Shown here: in pieces, positions 13,133 through 24,515 of the stretch
How the letters are laid out: each line of letters starts with the position of its first letter
Position numbering within the stretch: position 1 is the stretch's first letter
Source: Macrostomum hystrix
Lineage: Eukaryota > Animalia > Platyhelminthes
Reading direction: 5' to 3'
DNA: 64,000 bases
Assembly (NCBI GenBank): GCA_950097015.1
Contig: CATNEN010000003.1
Location: 9,424,001-9,488,000, forward strand
Notes under the pieces: generated by a model
Told to the model about the DNA's origin: nothing
Seen by the model: only the letters and a program-made list of their open reading frames with translations
Databases searched by the model: none
Translations under genes and position numbers: made by a program

Positions 13133-13509
13133 CCAGCTGTGCTGTTGTTGCGACTGATATTGATTAAAACTTCTAGCTAAAATTCACTTGGGAGGCACTA
13201 AGTGTATTGCTTTTTGGCTAGAATCTAACTGTTACTAGGCTGTTAAAGGTCATTTTCTACTTTAGTCAGAATTGTTTGTCGCTAAACTTTATTTATAGTT
13301 CGCTGTTAACTAACTAATGAGTAATGGCTACCGTTATTGAATTTCAATGTAAGCGTCCAATCAAGATTCGTTATTAATTATTTATGCGCTCATTCCATAA
13401 AATATGCGAAAATTGTGTTCTAATTTTGCTTGGAAATAATATATCCACGTCGGAAGTATGAATAATTGCTTAAACCCAAGGGATGAAAGCGAACCGTATT
13501 CATAGCCGG

Positions 13510-13980
13510 GAGATAAGAAAGACATGGGAGAGATGAGACACGGGAGAGGTTAGACAAGGGAGAGATGTGACACGGGAGAGGTTAGACACGGGAGAGGTTA
13601 GACACGGGAGAGATGAGACACGGGAGAGGTTAGACACGGGAGAGGTTAGACACGGGAGAGATGAGACATGGGAGAGATGAGACATAGGAGAGATGAGACA
13701 CAGGAGAGATGAGACACGGTAGACATGAGACACGGGAGAGATGAGACACGTGAGAGATGAGACATAGGAGAGATGAGACACGGGAGAGATGAGACATAGG
13801 AGAGATGAGACACGGGAGAGATGAGACACGGTAGAGATGAGACATAGGAGAGATGAGACACGGTAGAGATGAGACAGGGGAGAGATGAGACAGGGGAGAG
13901 TTGAGACAGGGGAGAGATGAGACAGGGGAGAGTTGAGAAACAGGAGAGTTGTGACTGGCAAGAGGTGAGACATGGGAGAG
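13510..13980. repeat. ~17-bp GA-rich minisatellite, same family and orientation as 8-290
   Basis: GGGAGAGATGAGACACG tandem units. Confidence 0.92.
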
Positions 13981-14374
13981 ATTCTGTGAGAGATAGCAGG
14001 GATCTAAAATCTGGCCTATGTTACTAGAATTTTCAGTGTGACTCCTTGCTCAAATTAATTAAGTTCTGTTTTTGTTTGGCCGTTTCTTGAAAAAGCACTT
14101 ACTGATAAGTTGTCTGAGTGCACTGTCAGTCTATCAAAATAAACAGAATCTGATTTGCTGAAATTACTACTTTAGTTTTCTTTTTTTCAGGTGAATCTTA
14201 TATTCTCTGCTGTGTTTTATTGTTGCTATTTATAACTTTTTACTGACCTTACTAATATTCCTAGTTTTTTATTCTGTTTTAGTTTTTAAACTAATAACAT
14301 GTGCGTCACTTTATTTTACTTTGACTACGCGTACTTAAATCCCTGGTTATGCCAGCCTTATACATATACATATA

Positions 14375-14376
<2 letters not shown>

Positions 14377-14409
<33 letters not shown>

Positions 14410-14440
14410 GCCTGTCTGTCTGCTTGCCTGTCTATCCCTA

Positions 14441-14472
<32 letters not shown>

Positions 14473-14694
14473 CCTGTCTGTCTGCTTGCCTGTCTATCCC
14501 TACTTGTCTGTCTGTCTGTCTGTCTGCTTGCCTGTCTATCCCTACTTGTCTGTCTGTCTGTCTGTCTGTCTGCTTGCCTGTCTATCCCTACTTGTCTGTC
14601 TGTCTGTCTGTCTGTCTGCTTGCCTGTCTATCCCTACTTGTCTGTCTGACTGTCTGTCTGTCTGCCTGTCTGTCTGCTTGCCTGTCTATCCCTA

Positions 14695-14726
<32 letters not shown>

Positions 14727-15168
14727 CCTGTCTGTCTGCTTGCCTGTCTATCCCTACTTGTCTGTCTGTCTGTCTGTCTGCTTGCCTGTCTATCCCTACT
14801 TGTCTGTCTGTCTGTCTGTCTGTCTGCTTGCCTGTCTATCCCTACTTGTCTGTCTGTCTGTCTGTCTGTCTGCTTGCCTGTCTATCCCTACTTGTCTGTC
14901 TGACTGTCTGTCTGTCTGCCTGTCTGTCTATCCCTACTTGTCTGTCTGTCTGTCTGTCTGTCTGCTTGCCTGTCTATCCCTACTTGTCTGTCTGTCTGTC
15001 TGTCTGTCTGCTTGCCTGTCTATCCCTACTTGTCTGTCTATCTGTCTGTCTGCCTGTCTGTCTACTTGCCTGTCTATCCCTACTTGTCTCTGTCTGTCTG
15101 TCTGTCTGCTTGCCTGTCTATCCCTACTTGTATGTCTGTCTGTCTGCCTGTCTCTCTGTCTGCCTGCC

Positions 15169-15205
<37 letters not shown>

Positions 15206-15465
15206 GCTTGCCTGTCTATCCCTACTTGTCTGTCTGTCTGTCTGCCTGTCTCTCTGTCTGCCTGCCTGTCTGTCTGTCTGTCTGTCTGCCTGTCTCTCTG
15301 TCTGCCTGCCTGTCTGTCTGTCTGTCTGTCTGCCTGTCTCTCTGTCTGCCTGCCTGTCTGTCTGTCTGTCTGTCTGCCTGTCTCTCTGTCTGCCTGTCTG
15401 TCTGTCTGTCTGCCTGTCTGTCTGTCTGCCTGCCTGTCTGTCTGTCTGTCTGTCTGCCTGTCTGT
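14377..15465. repeat. Compound (TGTC)n microsatellite punctuated by GCTTGCCTGTCTATCCCTACT
   Basis: Visible directly; it produces the spurious VCLSVCLS ORFs. Confidence 0.95.
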
Positions 15466-15944
15466 ATGGCATTCCTTCCTCATTCTATAAATCTCTATTA
15501 GCTGCTTTAAAGTCCATCTTTACTAAATTAAATACGACGACGAGTTTAAGCTTGAGCACAAACTCACACCTGATATATTTCTCTTGGATATTAAAATACA
15601 ATTTATTAGGAACTGCCTTTTAATTTTTTGCGCAAGTTTTGCTCCAACGCTTTTGTTAGTTAATCAACTATTTGATGCCTTGGTGATCCATTTAACAAAG
15701 TTTTTATTTCGTAGTCCACTATAATATTGTGTGCCGTGTTAAAGTTTAATCCGTTCGAAAGAAAATGCTGCATCAAATGGAATTTAACTTTTATAATACA
15801 AATGATTGATATCGACTTAACTACAGTTGAAAATCTAAAACTTATCAAAGTCGCACAGTTCTAGAATTCACCTGTTCGATTTAATTGAAAAGTGTCAATT
15901 GCAAAACATGAGTCTTTGTTATTTTCACATCGAACTGATATATT

Positions 15945-16800
15945 ACGTGATGCTTTAATTACCTCCTGTCCCTCGGGTTATGCCTTAAGTACCTCCAATT
16001 TATCTGTTGATGATTCAATTACCTCCTATTTCTCAGGTAATGCTTTAATTACCTCCTATCCCTCAGGTGATATTTTAATTACCTCCTATTTCTCAGGTGA
16101 TGCTTTAATTACCTCCTATCCCTCAGGTGATACTTTAATTACCTCCTATCCCTCAGGTGATATTTTAATTACCTCCTATTTCTCAGGTGATATTTTAATT
16201 ACCTCATATTCTTCAGGTGATGCTTTAATTACCTCCCTTTCCTTAGGTGATGCTTTAATTACCTCCTATTCCTCAGGTGATGCTTTAATTACCTCCTATT
16301 CCTCAGGTGATGCTTTAATTACCTCCTATTTCTCAGGTGATGCTTTAATTACCTCCTATCCCTCAGGTGATATTTTAATTACCTCCTATTTCTCAGGTGA
16401 TATTTTAATTACCTCATATTCTTCAGGTGATGCTTTAATTACCTCCCTTTCCTTAGGTGATGCTTTAATTACCTCCTAATACTCAGGTGATGCTTTAATT
16501 ACCTCCTATTCCTCAGGTGATGCTTTAATTACCTCCTATCCCTCAGGTGATGCTTTCATTACCTCCTATCCCTCAGGTGGTGCTTTCGTTACCTCCTAAT
16601 GCTCAGGTGATGCTTTCATTACTTCCTATCCCTCAGGTGATGCTTTCATTACCTCCTATCCCTCAGGTGATGCTTTCATTACCTCCTATCCCTCAGGTGA
16701 TGCTTTCATTACCTCCTATCCCTCAGGTGGTGCTTTCGTTACCTCCTAATGCTCAGGTGATGCTTTCATTACCTCGTATCCCTCAGGTGATGCTTTCACA
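15945..16800. repeat. 30-bp minisatellite (~28 copies)
   Basis: Unit GTGATGCTTTAATTACCTCCTATCCCTCAG. Confidence 0.95.
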
Positions 16801-17204
16801 ACCTCCAATTACTAAAGTGAAGCTGTCGTCTCAATGATGAAGCTGTCAACGCTAGCTTAGCCTACAAAGCCAGCAAGCACAAGCTTGTCAGCTAGAAGAA
16901 ACATGCGCAATTATTCCACCGCACCCGCAGAGAAGTTTCAGAAGCGTATAGTAAAACGCGATATAAAATTGTCCTCTATATTGTCATAGGCCTTTCCCCC
17001 TCAATTTTGAGCTAGATTATTATGAGTAAATGATTAAATGGGCATCAATAATATGTCGGCATATCCAGGCATGTGGATCCCCTGTCCCCTCATTAAAAAA
17101 TGAAAAACCCTGAAAACTATCTACTTCATTGACTCACCCTTGCCTAGATATGCACAAATTGGGCATTGCTGAACATGTGTAGATTTCAATACTTTACATT
17201 TAGG

Positions 17205-17290
17205 ATTCCGCCCGCCTGCATCCGATTGGCTCACGGCTGTTCAGACCAATGAGACAGCGTGATCCCTATTGTACTCGGCTATTGGGATTA
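17205..17290 (+). promoter_or_regulatory. Putative proximal promoter of the GPCR (GC box plus CCAAT boxes)
   Basis: CCGCCC, GATTGG, GACCAATG and TATTGG clustered 100-190 nt upstream of the ATG; motif evidence only. Confidence 0.35.
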
Positions 17291-17391
17291 GAAACTAGCT
17301 AGGATAAAATAATGCCCAATTATATTTTAGCTTGAGTTACAGACTTTTCCAGGAGTAAATCACTAAGGACCTGAGCAATTAAAGCTGCAGG

Positions 17392-20083
17392 ATGCAAAAC
17401 AACTCAAGCTCAGAAATCGGACTGCAGTCTGACTGGGTTCTGAGTGTGCACAAAATTGCCATGCCACTGTTCTACTGCATTGATTCGGCCCTATTATTCA
17501 CCGGCTCTCTGGCTAACCTCATCAATTTTTTCGTGTTCTGCGCCGACCCCGTGCGAAGGCACTACCTGTCCGCCATGCTCCGACTGCTGTCACTGAATGA
17601 CCTGACCCTGCTAGTTGTATTCTGTCTGATGGACTGGCTGCACCTGCAGCACTCGTCTGTCACTGCCTGCTACGGCTTGTATTATGTGTACAGTTTGGCT
17701 ACTTTCCTGAGCGCTTGGCTACTAGTGGCCATCACCTTTGACAGGTTTGTGATCCTGTGGAATCGATCCGGTCCAGACGCTGACAGCAAAGGCGTTGGTA
17801 GGCTAGCAGACGGAGTCTGGAGCTCGGAGGAACATCCTGGCAGAGTTGGCGACGGCAGCGGCAGCGGCGGAGGCTGCGGCTGTGGAAAATCTCGCGCGGC
17901 CAAGGCCAGGATCGTCACCTGGGTGGTGGCTGGCGCTGGACTCGCTTGGAACGTGCAGGTTACTCTTATTTAGCTCAGTTATTTAACTCATAAATATGCA
18001 AGCTGTCTTTATTTCCATTAGTTTTCTGCTCAGAAAACGAGTGTTTCATTTGAAGAAATCTGCACACTTCACTCTTACAGTCAACCAGACTATAGCCAAG
18101 GTTGTGTCTCCGGAACCACTCAGTCCACTCAGAAATATTATAATGAAATGTCCACGCCACTCTTAGCCATAGAAAATACGTCCAGCTATAAAAATACCCA
18201 CCTCACTCCAGCCATAGAAAACAACCAACTCACTCCAGCCATAGAAAGCAACCACCTCACTCCAGCCATATAAAACACCCACCTTACTCCAGCCATAGAA
18301 AACAACCAACTCACTCCAGCCATAGAAAACACCCACCTCACTCCAGCCATGTAAAACACCCACCTCACTCCAGCCATATAAAACAACCACCTCACTCCAG
18401 CCATAGAAAACAACCAACTCACTCCAGCCATAGAAAACACCCACCTCACTCCAGCCATAGAAAACAACCAACTCACTCCAGCCATAGAAAACAACCAACT
18501 CACTCCAGCCATAGAAAACAACCACCCCAACTAACAATACGAGCATAAAGATAAGAAAAGCCCGCTACATTTAGTCATACCAATAACCCTCCCTGTATGA
18601 ATCGAGCGTCTACCTGATCCATTTCAAGCCAATAAATCTGTCACAAACCTCGCCCTCATCCACCTGTCTAATCGCAGGTAAACTGGACAGTGAGCTATGG
18701 GCTGCACCCAGCGTTGAATTCAACCGTGGTGTGCATGGGAGAACGCGCTGGTCGTCTAGTTTTCCTCTTAGACAGCATGGCCTGCTCCTTCATTCCCGGC
18801 CTGCTGCTCATCTTCATCAATGCCTACGTAGCCTGCACAGTGCATCGGTTTCTGATGCGCCAAAGACGTCAAAACAGTCAGCGAGACCAGTCAAAGCCGG
18901 TTGATCAGCTTCTGGATTCCGACACCGCCGCCGGTGGCCTTGAACTAGTTGCTAACTTGCGCGGCGCTCATCCTGACAGTCAGGAAATTTGTCGTTTTCA
19001 ACGACGACATTCCTCTCTGGCTGGCAGGACTCCGTTAGCTCAGCGGCAGCAGTATCAGGTTGGGATTGTTATTCCTTTTCGCTTCTAAGGCCACGCAAAC
19101 AATACAGTCGTGCTGGTTAAAAAAAATAGTCCTTTGAAGTTATTTATGACTTCATCTAGAGTCAGACGCGCTTCAAGTTGTGCCTTTTAATTACAGCTCA
19201 TAACTGTTGTCATTTCCTTTTTATAGCGACTTACGCAGACAAGGCAGGGCAGTGAAGAAACTATAAAACCGTTTTGCTATATTTAAGCACTGGGCTGTTT
19301 ATACTCGTATATACCACACTAAAGTCGGGTGGAACTCTTTGATGCTATTCTAGCCAATTAACGCAAAGTTGAGGGTATGGAAGAGAGACTGTCGGGTGTC
19401 AGCCAATCAGCGCGAATGAGGGGTAGTGAGGGCAGACTGGGACGTCAGTCAATCAGCGTGGAGTGAGGGGTAGAGAGGATAGACTGGGACGTCAGCCAAT
19501 CAGCGCGAATGAGAGGTAGTGAGGGCAGACTGGGACGTCATCCAATCAGCACGGAGTGAGGGGTAGAGAGGATAGACTGGGACGTCAGCCAATCAGTGTG
19601 AGTTTAGGGGGTAGGGAGGTCAAGATGGGTTGAGGGAGTCTGCAGCCGATGAGCGGCATTCTGTGGCAAAGTAAAGAGCTCTTTCGCATACTCAAGACAG
19701 TTTTTGCAGGAAAGAAAATTAAGCGCTGTGCAGGCACTTTTATTTTATTAGTTGTGTTTTCAGCCTTTTAATATTGGACTGGCATCTCCCTACAGGTAAC
19801 CCGCATGCTAGTCGGCTTTTCATTGGCCTACCTAATCTGCAGCTTTCCAAACTACATCGCCCTACTATTTGGCCACTTCGTACTGGGCCGCTACGCCTCA
19901 CAGGAGGTGATGGTGCAGTTTAATCTAATTCGCAGGTGCGCTCAGACACTCTACATCATGCACTTTTCCACAAACAGCCTGATCTACGCCTACTGCAACA
20001 GGCAATTTCGAGTTGCATTCAAGCGCATTGTGCTCAATCGGCGGCTTGCTCATTTCTGTAGACGCAGCTGCTGCACGAGCTAA
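17392..20083 (+). CDS. Class A (rhodopsin-like) GPCR, peptide-receptor-like orphan, 3 exons, 411 aa
   Basis: Exons 17392-17958, 18678-19058, 19796-20083, all phase 0 GT-AG. TM1 GSLAN, TM2 LSLND, TM3 ITFDRF, TM5 FIPG...N, TM6 CSFPNY, TM7 STNSLIY then helix 8 NRQFR. Confidence 0.9.
18165..18530. repeat. 27-bp minisatellite in GPCR intron 1
   Basis: Unit CTCACTCCAGCCATAGAAAACAACCAA. Confidence 0.92.
19385..19600. repeat. 46/47-bp tandem repeat (5 copies) in GPCR intron 2
   Basis: Unit GTCAGCCAATCAGCGCGAATGAGAGGTAGTGAGGGCAGACTGGGAC, alternating with a variant. Confidence 0.88.
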
Positions 20084-20262
20084 CTTGACTGGCGCACGAG
20101 CGATGAATGCTGATGTCGTGTACACAACTTACATGCAACTAGTGATGACTAGAAGGACGATGGAGTTATAAATTTATAATCTAGCTATGTTACGAGCTAG
20201 CTAAACAAACTCGTAAACAAATCGCCCACCAAAACTTGCAAGGGCTGAACACGGACACCAAT

Positions 20263-20640
20263 GCAGACTGATAAAACACCCACCCCACTCAGACTGATAA
20301 AATACCAACCCCACTCAGACTGATAAAAACACCAACCCCACTCAGACTGATAAAACACCAACCCCACTCAGACTGATAAAACACCAACCCCACTCAGACT
20401 GATAAAAAACCAACCCCACTCAGACTGATAAAACACCAACCCCACTCAGACTGATAAAACACCAACCCCACTCAGACTGATAAAACACACCCACCCCACT
20501 CAGACTGATAAAACACCCACCCCACTCAGACTGATAAAACACCCACCCCACTCAGACTGATAAAACACCAACCCCACTCAGACTGATAAAACACCAACCC
20601 CACTCAGACTGATAAAACACCAACCCCACTCAGAGTGATA
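20263..20640. repeat. 26-bp minisatellite
   Basis: Unit CAGACTGATAAAACACCAACCCCACT. Confidence 0.93.
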
Positions 20641-20811
20641 AAAAACGCCGCACTGATACTATAATAAAACAACCATTTCACTCGGACGAGTCTAGGGGTC
20701 ATTAAATTTATTCAAGCTAATCATATTGTCTCGCTTTCGTGTTGCTGTAAAGTACTGCACTGCGTATCGATATGTGATGACAGCACAGCTAGGTGTATTC
20801 AAATAAATTTC

Positions 20812-20905
20812 AGACAGTGAGAGGGAGACAGTGAGAGGGAGACAGTGAGAGGGAGACAGTGAGAGGGAGACTGTGAGAGGGAGACTGTGAGAGGGAGACT
20901 GTGAG
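20812..20905. repeat. 14-bp tandem repeat
   Basis: Unit GACAGTGAGAGGGA. Confidence 0.85.
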
Positions 20906-21223
20906 ACAATGAATGGGAGATAGGGAAGACAGGGATATAGGTGGGAGATTTGAAAGGTTAACTTAAGCGTACAAGCCGAATGCGGCTGAAAAAAACAATT
21001 CGACATGCCTGAACTGTTTATTTTTTGAATGCCTAAAAAGTTTCAGAAATCAATCAGTCTATTGTTACATCTGTGTCAGTTTGTGTTAGACAATTGCGTC
21101 AGATCAGTTAAATTTTCGAGAGCGGTAGAACCGCCTGATAAATCCGTGCCATCCCATATTGTACCGGTAGAAAAATCCCCCACCGTAGCGACGGCCTCCT
21201 GCGTGGTAGATGTACGGACCGGC

Positions 21224-21237
21224 GTTGCCATGGTTAC
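21224..21237. promoter_or_regulatory. Candidate RFX-binding X-box
   Basis: GTTGCCATGGTTAC; the reverse complement GTAACCATGGCAAC matches the 14-bp X-box consensus GTHNYYATRRNAAC. Confidence 0.45.
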
Positions 21238-21644
21238 CGCGGCTGGCCAGTTGCAGTGCAGTCGACTGGTTGCGCAAGCTCCAGAAGGATCCAGAAGCAG
21301 AGCAAGCTGATGAACAATAGTGGCATAGATTTCAAGGCCATCATTTAGCGACAAATTCTGACGAAGTCAAAAAATATTTTTTGTATTTTCTCGGCTTCAG
21401 TTAGAAAACTTCAAGGCAGAAAACTGTTGCGTTTATTATCTGCAGATATAGTTCTTCTGCCTGTATCGGCAGATCAGAATCTATTTGTTTACACAAAACG
21501 GCTGTAAAACTATCCGATCAAAGGAAAAATGATTAAAGCAATACGCACTAAAAGGTTTGCTAATTAAATATCAAACTGTCCTGGCGACTGGTTCGGCTTG
21601 TGGAAGTTCGCTTTAGCAAAGAACGAATAACATCAGGCGTTAAC

Positions 21645-22270
21645 AGAGGGTGTCAGGGGGAGAAAGAGGGTGTCAGGGGGGGAAAGAGGGTGTCAGGGTA
21701 AGAAAGAGGGTGTCAGGGTAAGAAAGAGGTTGTCAGGGTACGAAAGAAGTTTTCAGGGGGAGAAAGAGGGTGTCAGGGGGAGAAAGAGGGTGTCAGGGGG
21801 AGAAAAAGGGTGTCAGGGTAAGAAAGAGGGTGTCAGGGTAAGAAAGAGGGTGTCAGGGTAAGAAAGAGGGTGTCAGGGTAAGAAAGAGGGTGTCAGGGTA
21901 AGAAAGAGGGTGTCAGGGGGTGAAAGATGGTGTCAGGGTAAGAAAGAGGGTGTCAGGGTAAGAAAGAGGGTGTCAGGGGGTGAAAGAGGGTGTCAGGGTA
22001 AGAAAGAGATTGTCAGGCGTTAACAGAGGGTGTCAGGGTAAGAAAGAGATTGTCAGGCGTTAACAGAGAGTGTCAGGGTAAAAAAGAGGTTGTCAGGGGG
22101 AGAAAGAGGTGTCAGGTTAAGAAAGAGGTTGTCAGGGTGTCAGGGTAAGAAAGAGGGTGTCAGTGTAGGAAAGAGGGTGTCAGGGTAAGAAAGATGGTGT
22201 CAGGGTCAGAAAGAGGTTGTCTGGGGGGAGAAAGAGGTGTCAGGGTAAGAAAGAAAGAGGGTGTCAGGTG
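21645..22270. repeat. 20-bp purine-rich minisatellite
   Basis: Unit TGTCAGGGTAAGAAAGAGGG. Confidence 0.93.
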
Positions 22271-22814
22271 GGAGTGAGAGTGCCAGAGAAGAGAGACTGA
22301 GGGTGTCAGTTATACAGAATGAGTATCTGTATGTGTTTTAGGTATCTATGCTTCAAGTTCATATTGTATTTTACTTAGCTGTTCCTTGCAGCCTACTAAC
22401 AGTAGTCAGAAGAAAAAAACATATTTCCTTTTGTTCTGATCGAATCTAAACGTCATCCTAGTGCAAGATTCTCAAAAGTATAAATTTAATTTATCTATTT
22501 GAAGAGCAACAGAATCTAGCTGTTATCATCAGAGCTAGATCCGTCGATCACATTGCCTTGAGTAGCGTTTCATCAGAAAGGTTTCAAAATCGATGACGGG
22601 CATAACATGCTGGCAAAGTATCAAGAGATGCTATCCTATTTTTCTGTTCATGCCAGTTTTTTATTTTTGTATCCGAAAGCAAAGGAAAAAGAGCTCAAAA
22701 GATAAAATTCGATATTGTAGACTGGGTCGCATGTTAAAAACCGAAGTATTTTTTGCTGAGTGTAGGACTTTCATGGGGCAAACCAGTTCCATTATTTATT
22801 TATGCAACAGATTT

Positions 22815-24115
22815 GCAATCCATTCTGATACTGTGCTGATGAAATAGATTAGCAATCCATTCTGATACTGTGTTGATGAAATAGATTAGCAATCCATTCT
22901 GACACTGTGTTGATGAAATAGATTAGCAATCCATTCTGATACTGTGCTGATGAAATAGATTAGCAATCCATTCTGATACTGTGTTGATGAAATAGATTAG
23001 CAATCCATTCTGATACTGTGTTGATGAAATAGATTAGCAATCCATTCTGATACTGTGTTGATGAAATAGATTAGCAATCCATTCTGACACTGTGTTGATG
23101 AAATAGATTAGCAATCCATTCTGACACTGTGTTGATGAAATAGATTAGCAATCCATTCTGATACTGTGTTGATGAAATAGATTAGCAATCCATTCTGATA
23201 CTGTGCTGATGAAATAGATTAGCAATCCATTCTGACACTGTGTTGATGAAATAGATTAGCAATCCATTCTGATACTGTGTTGATGAAATAGATTAGCAAT
23301 CCATTCTGATACTGTGTTGATGAAATAGATTAGCAATCCATTCTGATACTTTTTCGATGGAATAGATTAGCAATCCATTCTGGTATATTACCGATAGAAT
23401 AGATTAGCAATCCATTCTTGTATTTTATTGATAGAATAAATTGGCAATCCATTCTGGTACTTTATCGATGGAATAGATTAACAATCTGTCTTTATCGATG
23501 GAATAGATTAGCAATCCATTCTTGTACTTTATCGATAGAATAGATTAGCAATCCATTCTTGTACTTTATCGATAGAATAGATTAGCAATCCATTCTTGTA
23601 CTTTATCGATAGAATAGATTAGCAATCCATTCTTGTACTTTATCGATAGAATAGATTAGCAATCCTTTCTGGTATTTTACCGATAGAATAGATTAGCAAT
23701 CCATTCTTGTACTTTATCGATAGAATAGATTAGCAATAATTCTTTTACTTTATCGATAGAATAGATTAGCAATCCATTTTTGTACTTTATCGATGGAATA
23801 GATTAGCAATCCATTCTTGTACTTTATCGATGGAATAGATTAACAATCTGTCTTTATCGATGGAATAGATTAGCAATCCATTCTGGTACTTTATCGATGG
23901 AATAGATTAGCAATCCATTCTTGTACTTTATCGATGGAATCGATTAGCAATCCATTCTGGTACTTTATCGATGGAATCGATTAGCAATCCATTCTGGTAC
24001 TTTATCGATGGAATCGATTAGCAATCCATTCTTGTACTTTATCGATGGAATCGATTAGCAATCCATTCTGGTACTTTATCGATGGAATCGATTAGCAATC
24101 CATTCTGATATTGTT
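22815..24115. repeat. 37-bp minisatellite with a gradient of unit variants
   Basis: ATCCATTCTGATACTGTGTTGATGAAATAGATTAGCA changes along the array to ATCCATTCTGGTACTTTATCGATGGAATCGATTAGCA. Confidence 0.95.
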
Positions 24116-24515
24116 TGAGGGAATCGATTATCAATCTGTTCTGTCGCTAAATTTTTTTCCAGCAATTTAATGTGTTTTTTCATGCACGTCAATTTGATGA
24201 TTCGGCTCTTAGAGTAGATAAAAATAATTTAAATTCATTGAATTCGGATCCATTAGTGACTTACCGCTTCTCGCTTGACTTGTAGCCAATGGGTTAGCAA
24301 AATGCTTCTCAGTCTTCTTATAGGAGCAGCAGGTAAATGCCTGTCTCCATTCACAGGTTCATTTTAGAAACTGCTAGTTGTCTTTCCGAAGCTCATTCAA
24401 TGTGTCAATCAAAATGTTTAATTTTGGCTTAGGTGTTGACTAAATAACGGTTCATTTATCTTATATAAGAAAAAACCCATGGCAAAATTTTCATCAACCT
24501 ATTGAGGCCATAGAG

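Noticed and set aside
9730-15623. Long overlapping ORFs ([11 protein letters not shown]..., VCLSVCLS...)
   Set aside because: They are translations of tandem repeats, open in several frames at once; the first lies within CPT1 intron 7.
15892-16837. ITSYSSGDAL repeat protein
   Set aside because: A 30-bp unit keeps frame by default; the ORF has no ATG start and a stop interrupts it mid-array.
22830-23350. CTGATGA...GAAA motifs suggesting a satellite hammerhead ribozyme
   Set aside because: No pairing for stems I-III was found, and most units read TTGATGA.
5116-24115. CRISPR-like appearance of the 23-37 bp arrays (5116-6323, 14377-15465, 22815-24115)
   Set aside because: Units are head-to-tail without unique spacers, there are no cas genes, and the context is eukaryotic.
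24333-24356. 24-nt GT...AG mini-intron upstream of GPCR A
   Set aside because: Much shorter than the shortest supported intron here (63 nt) and there is no independent support.
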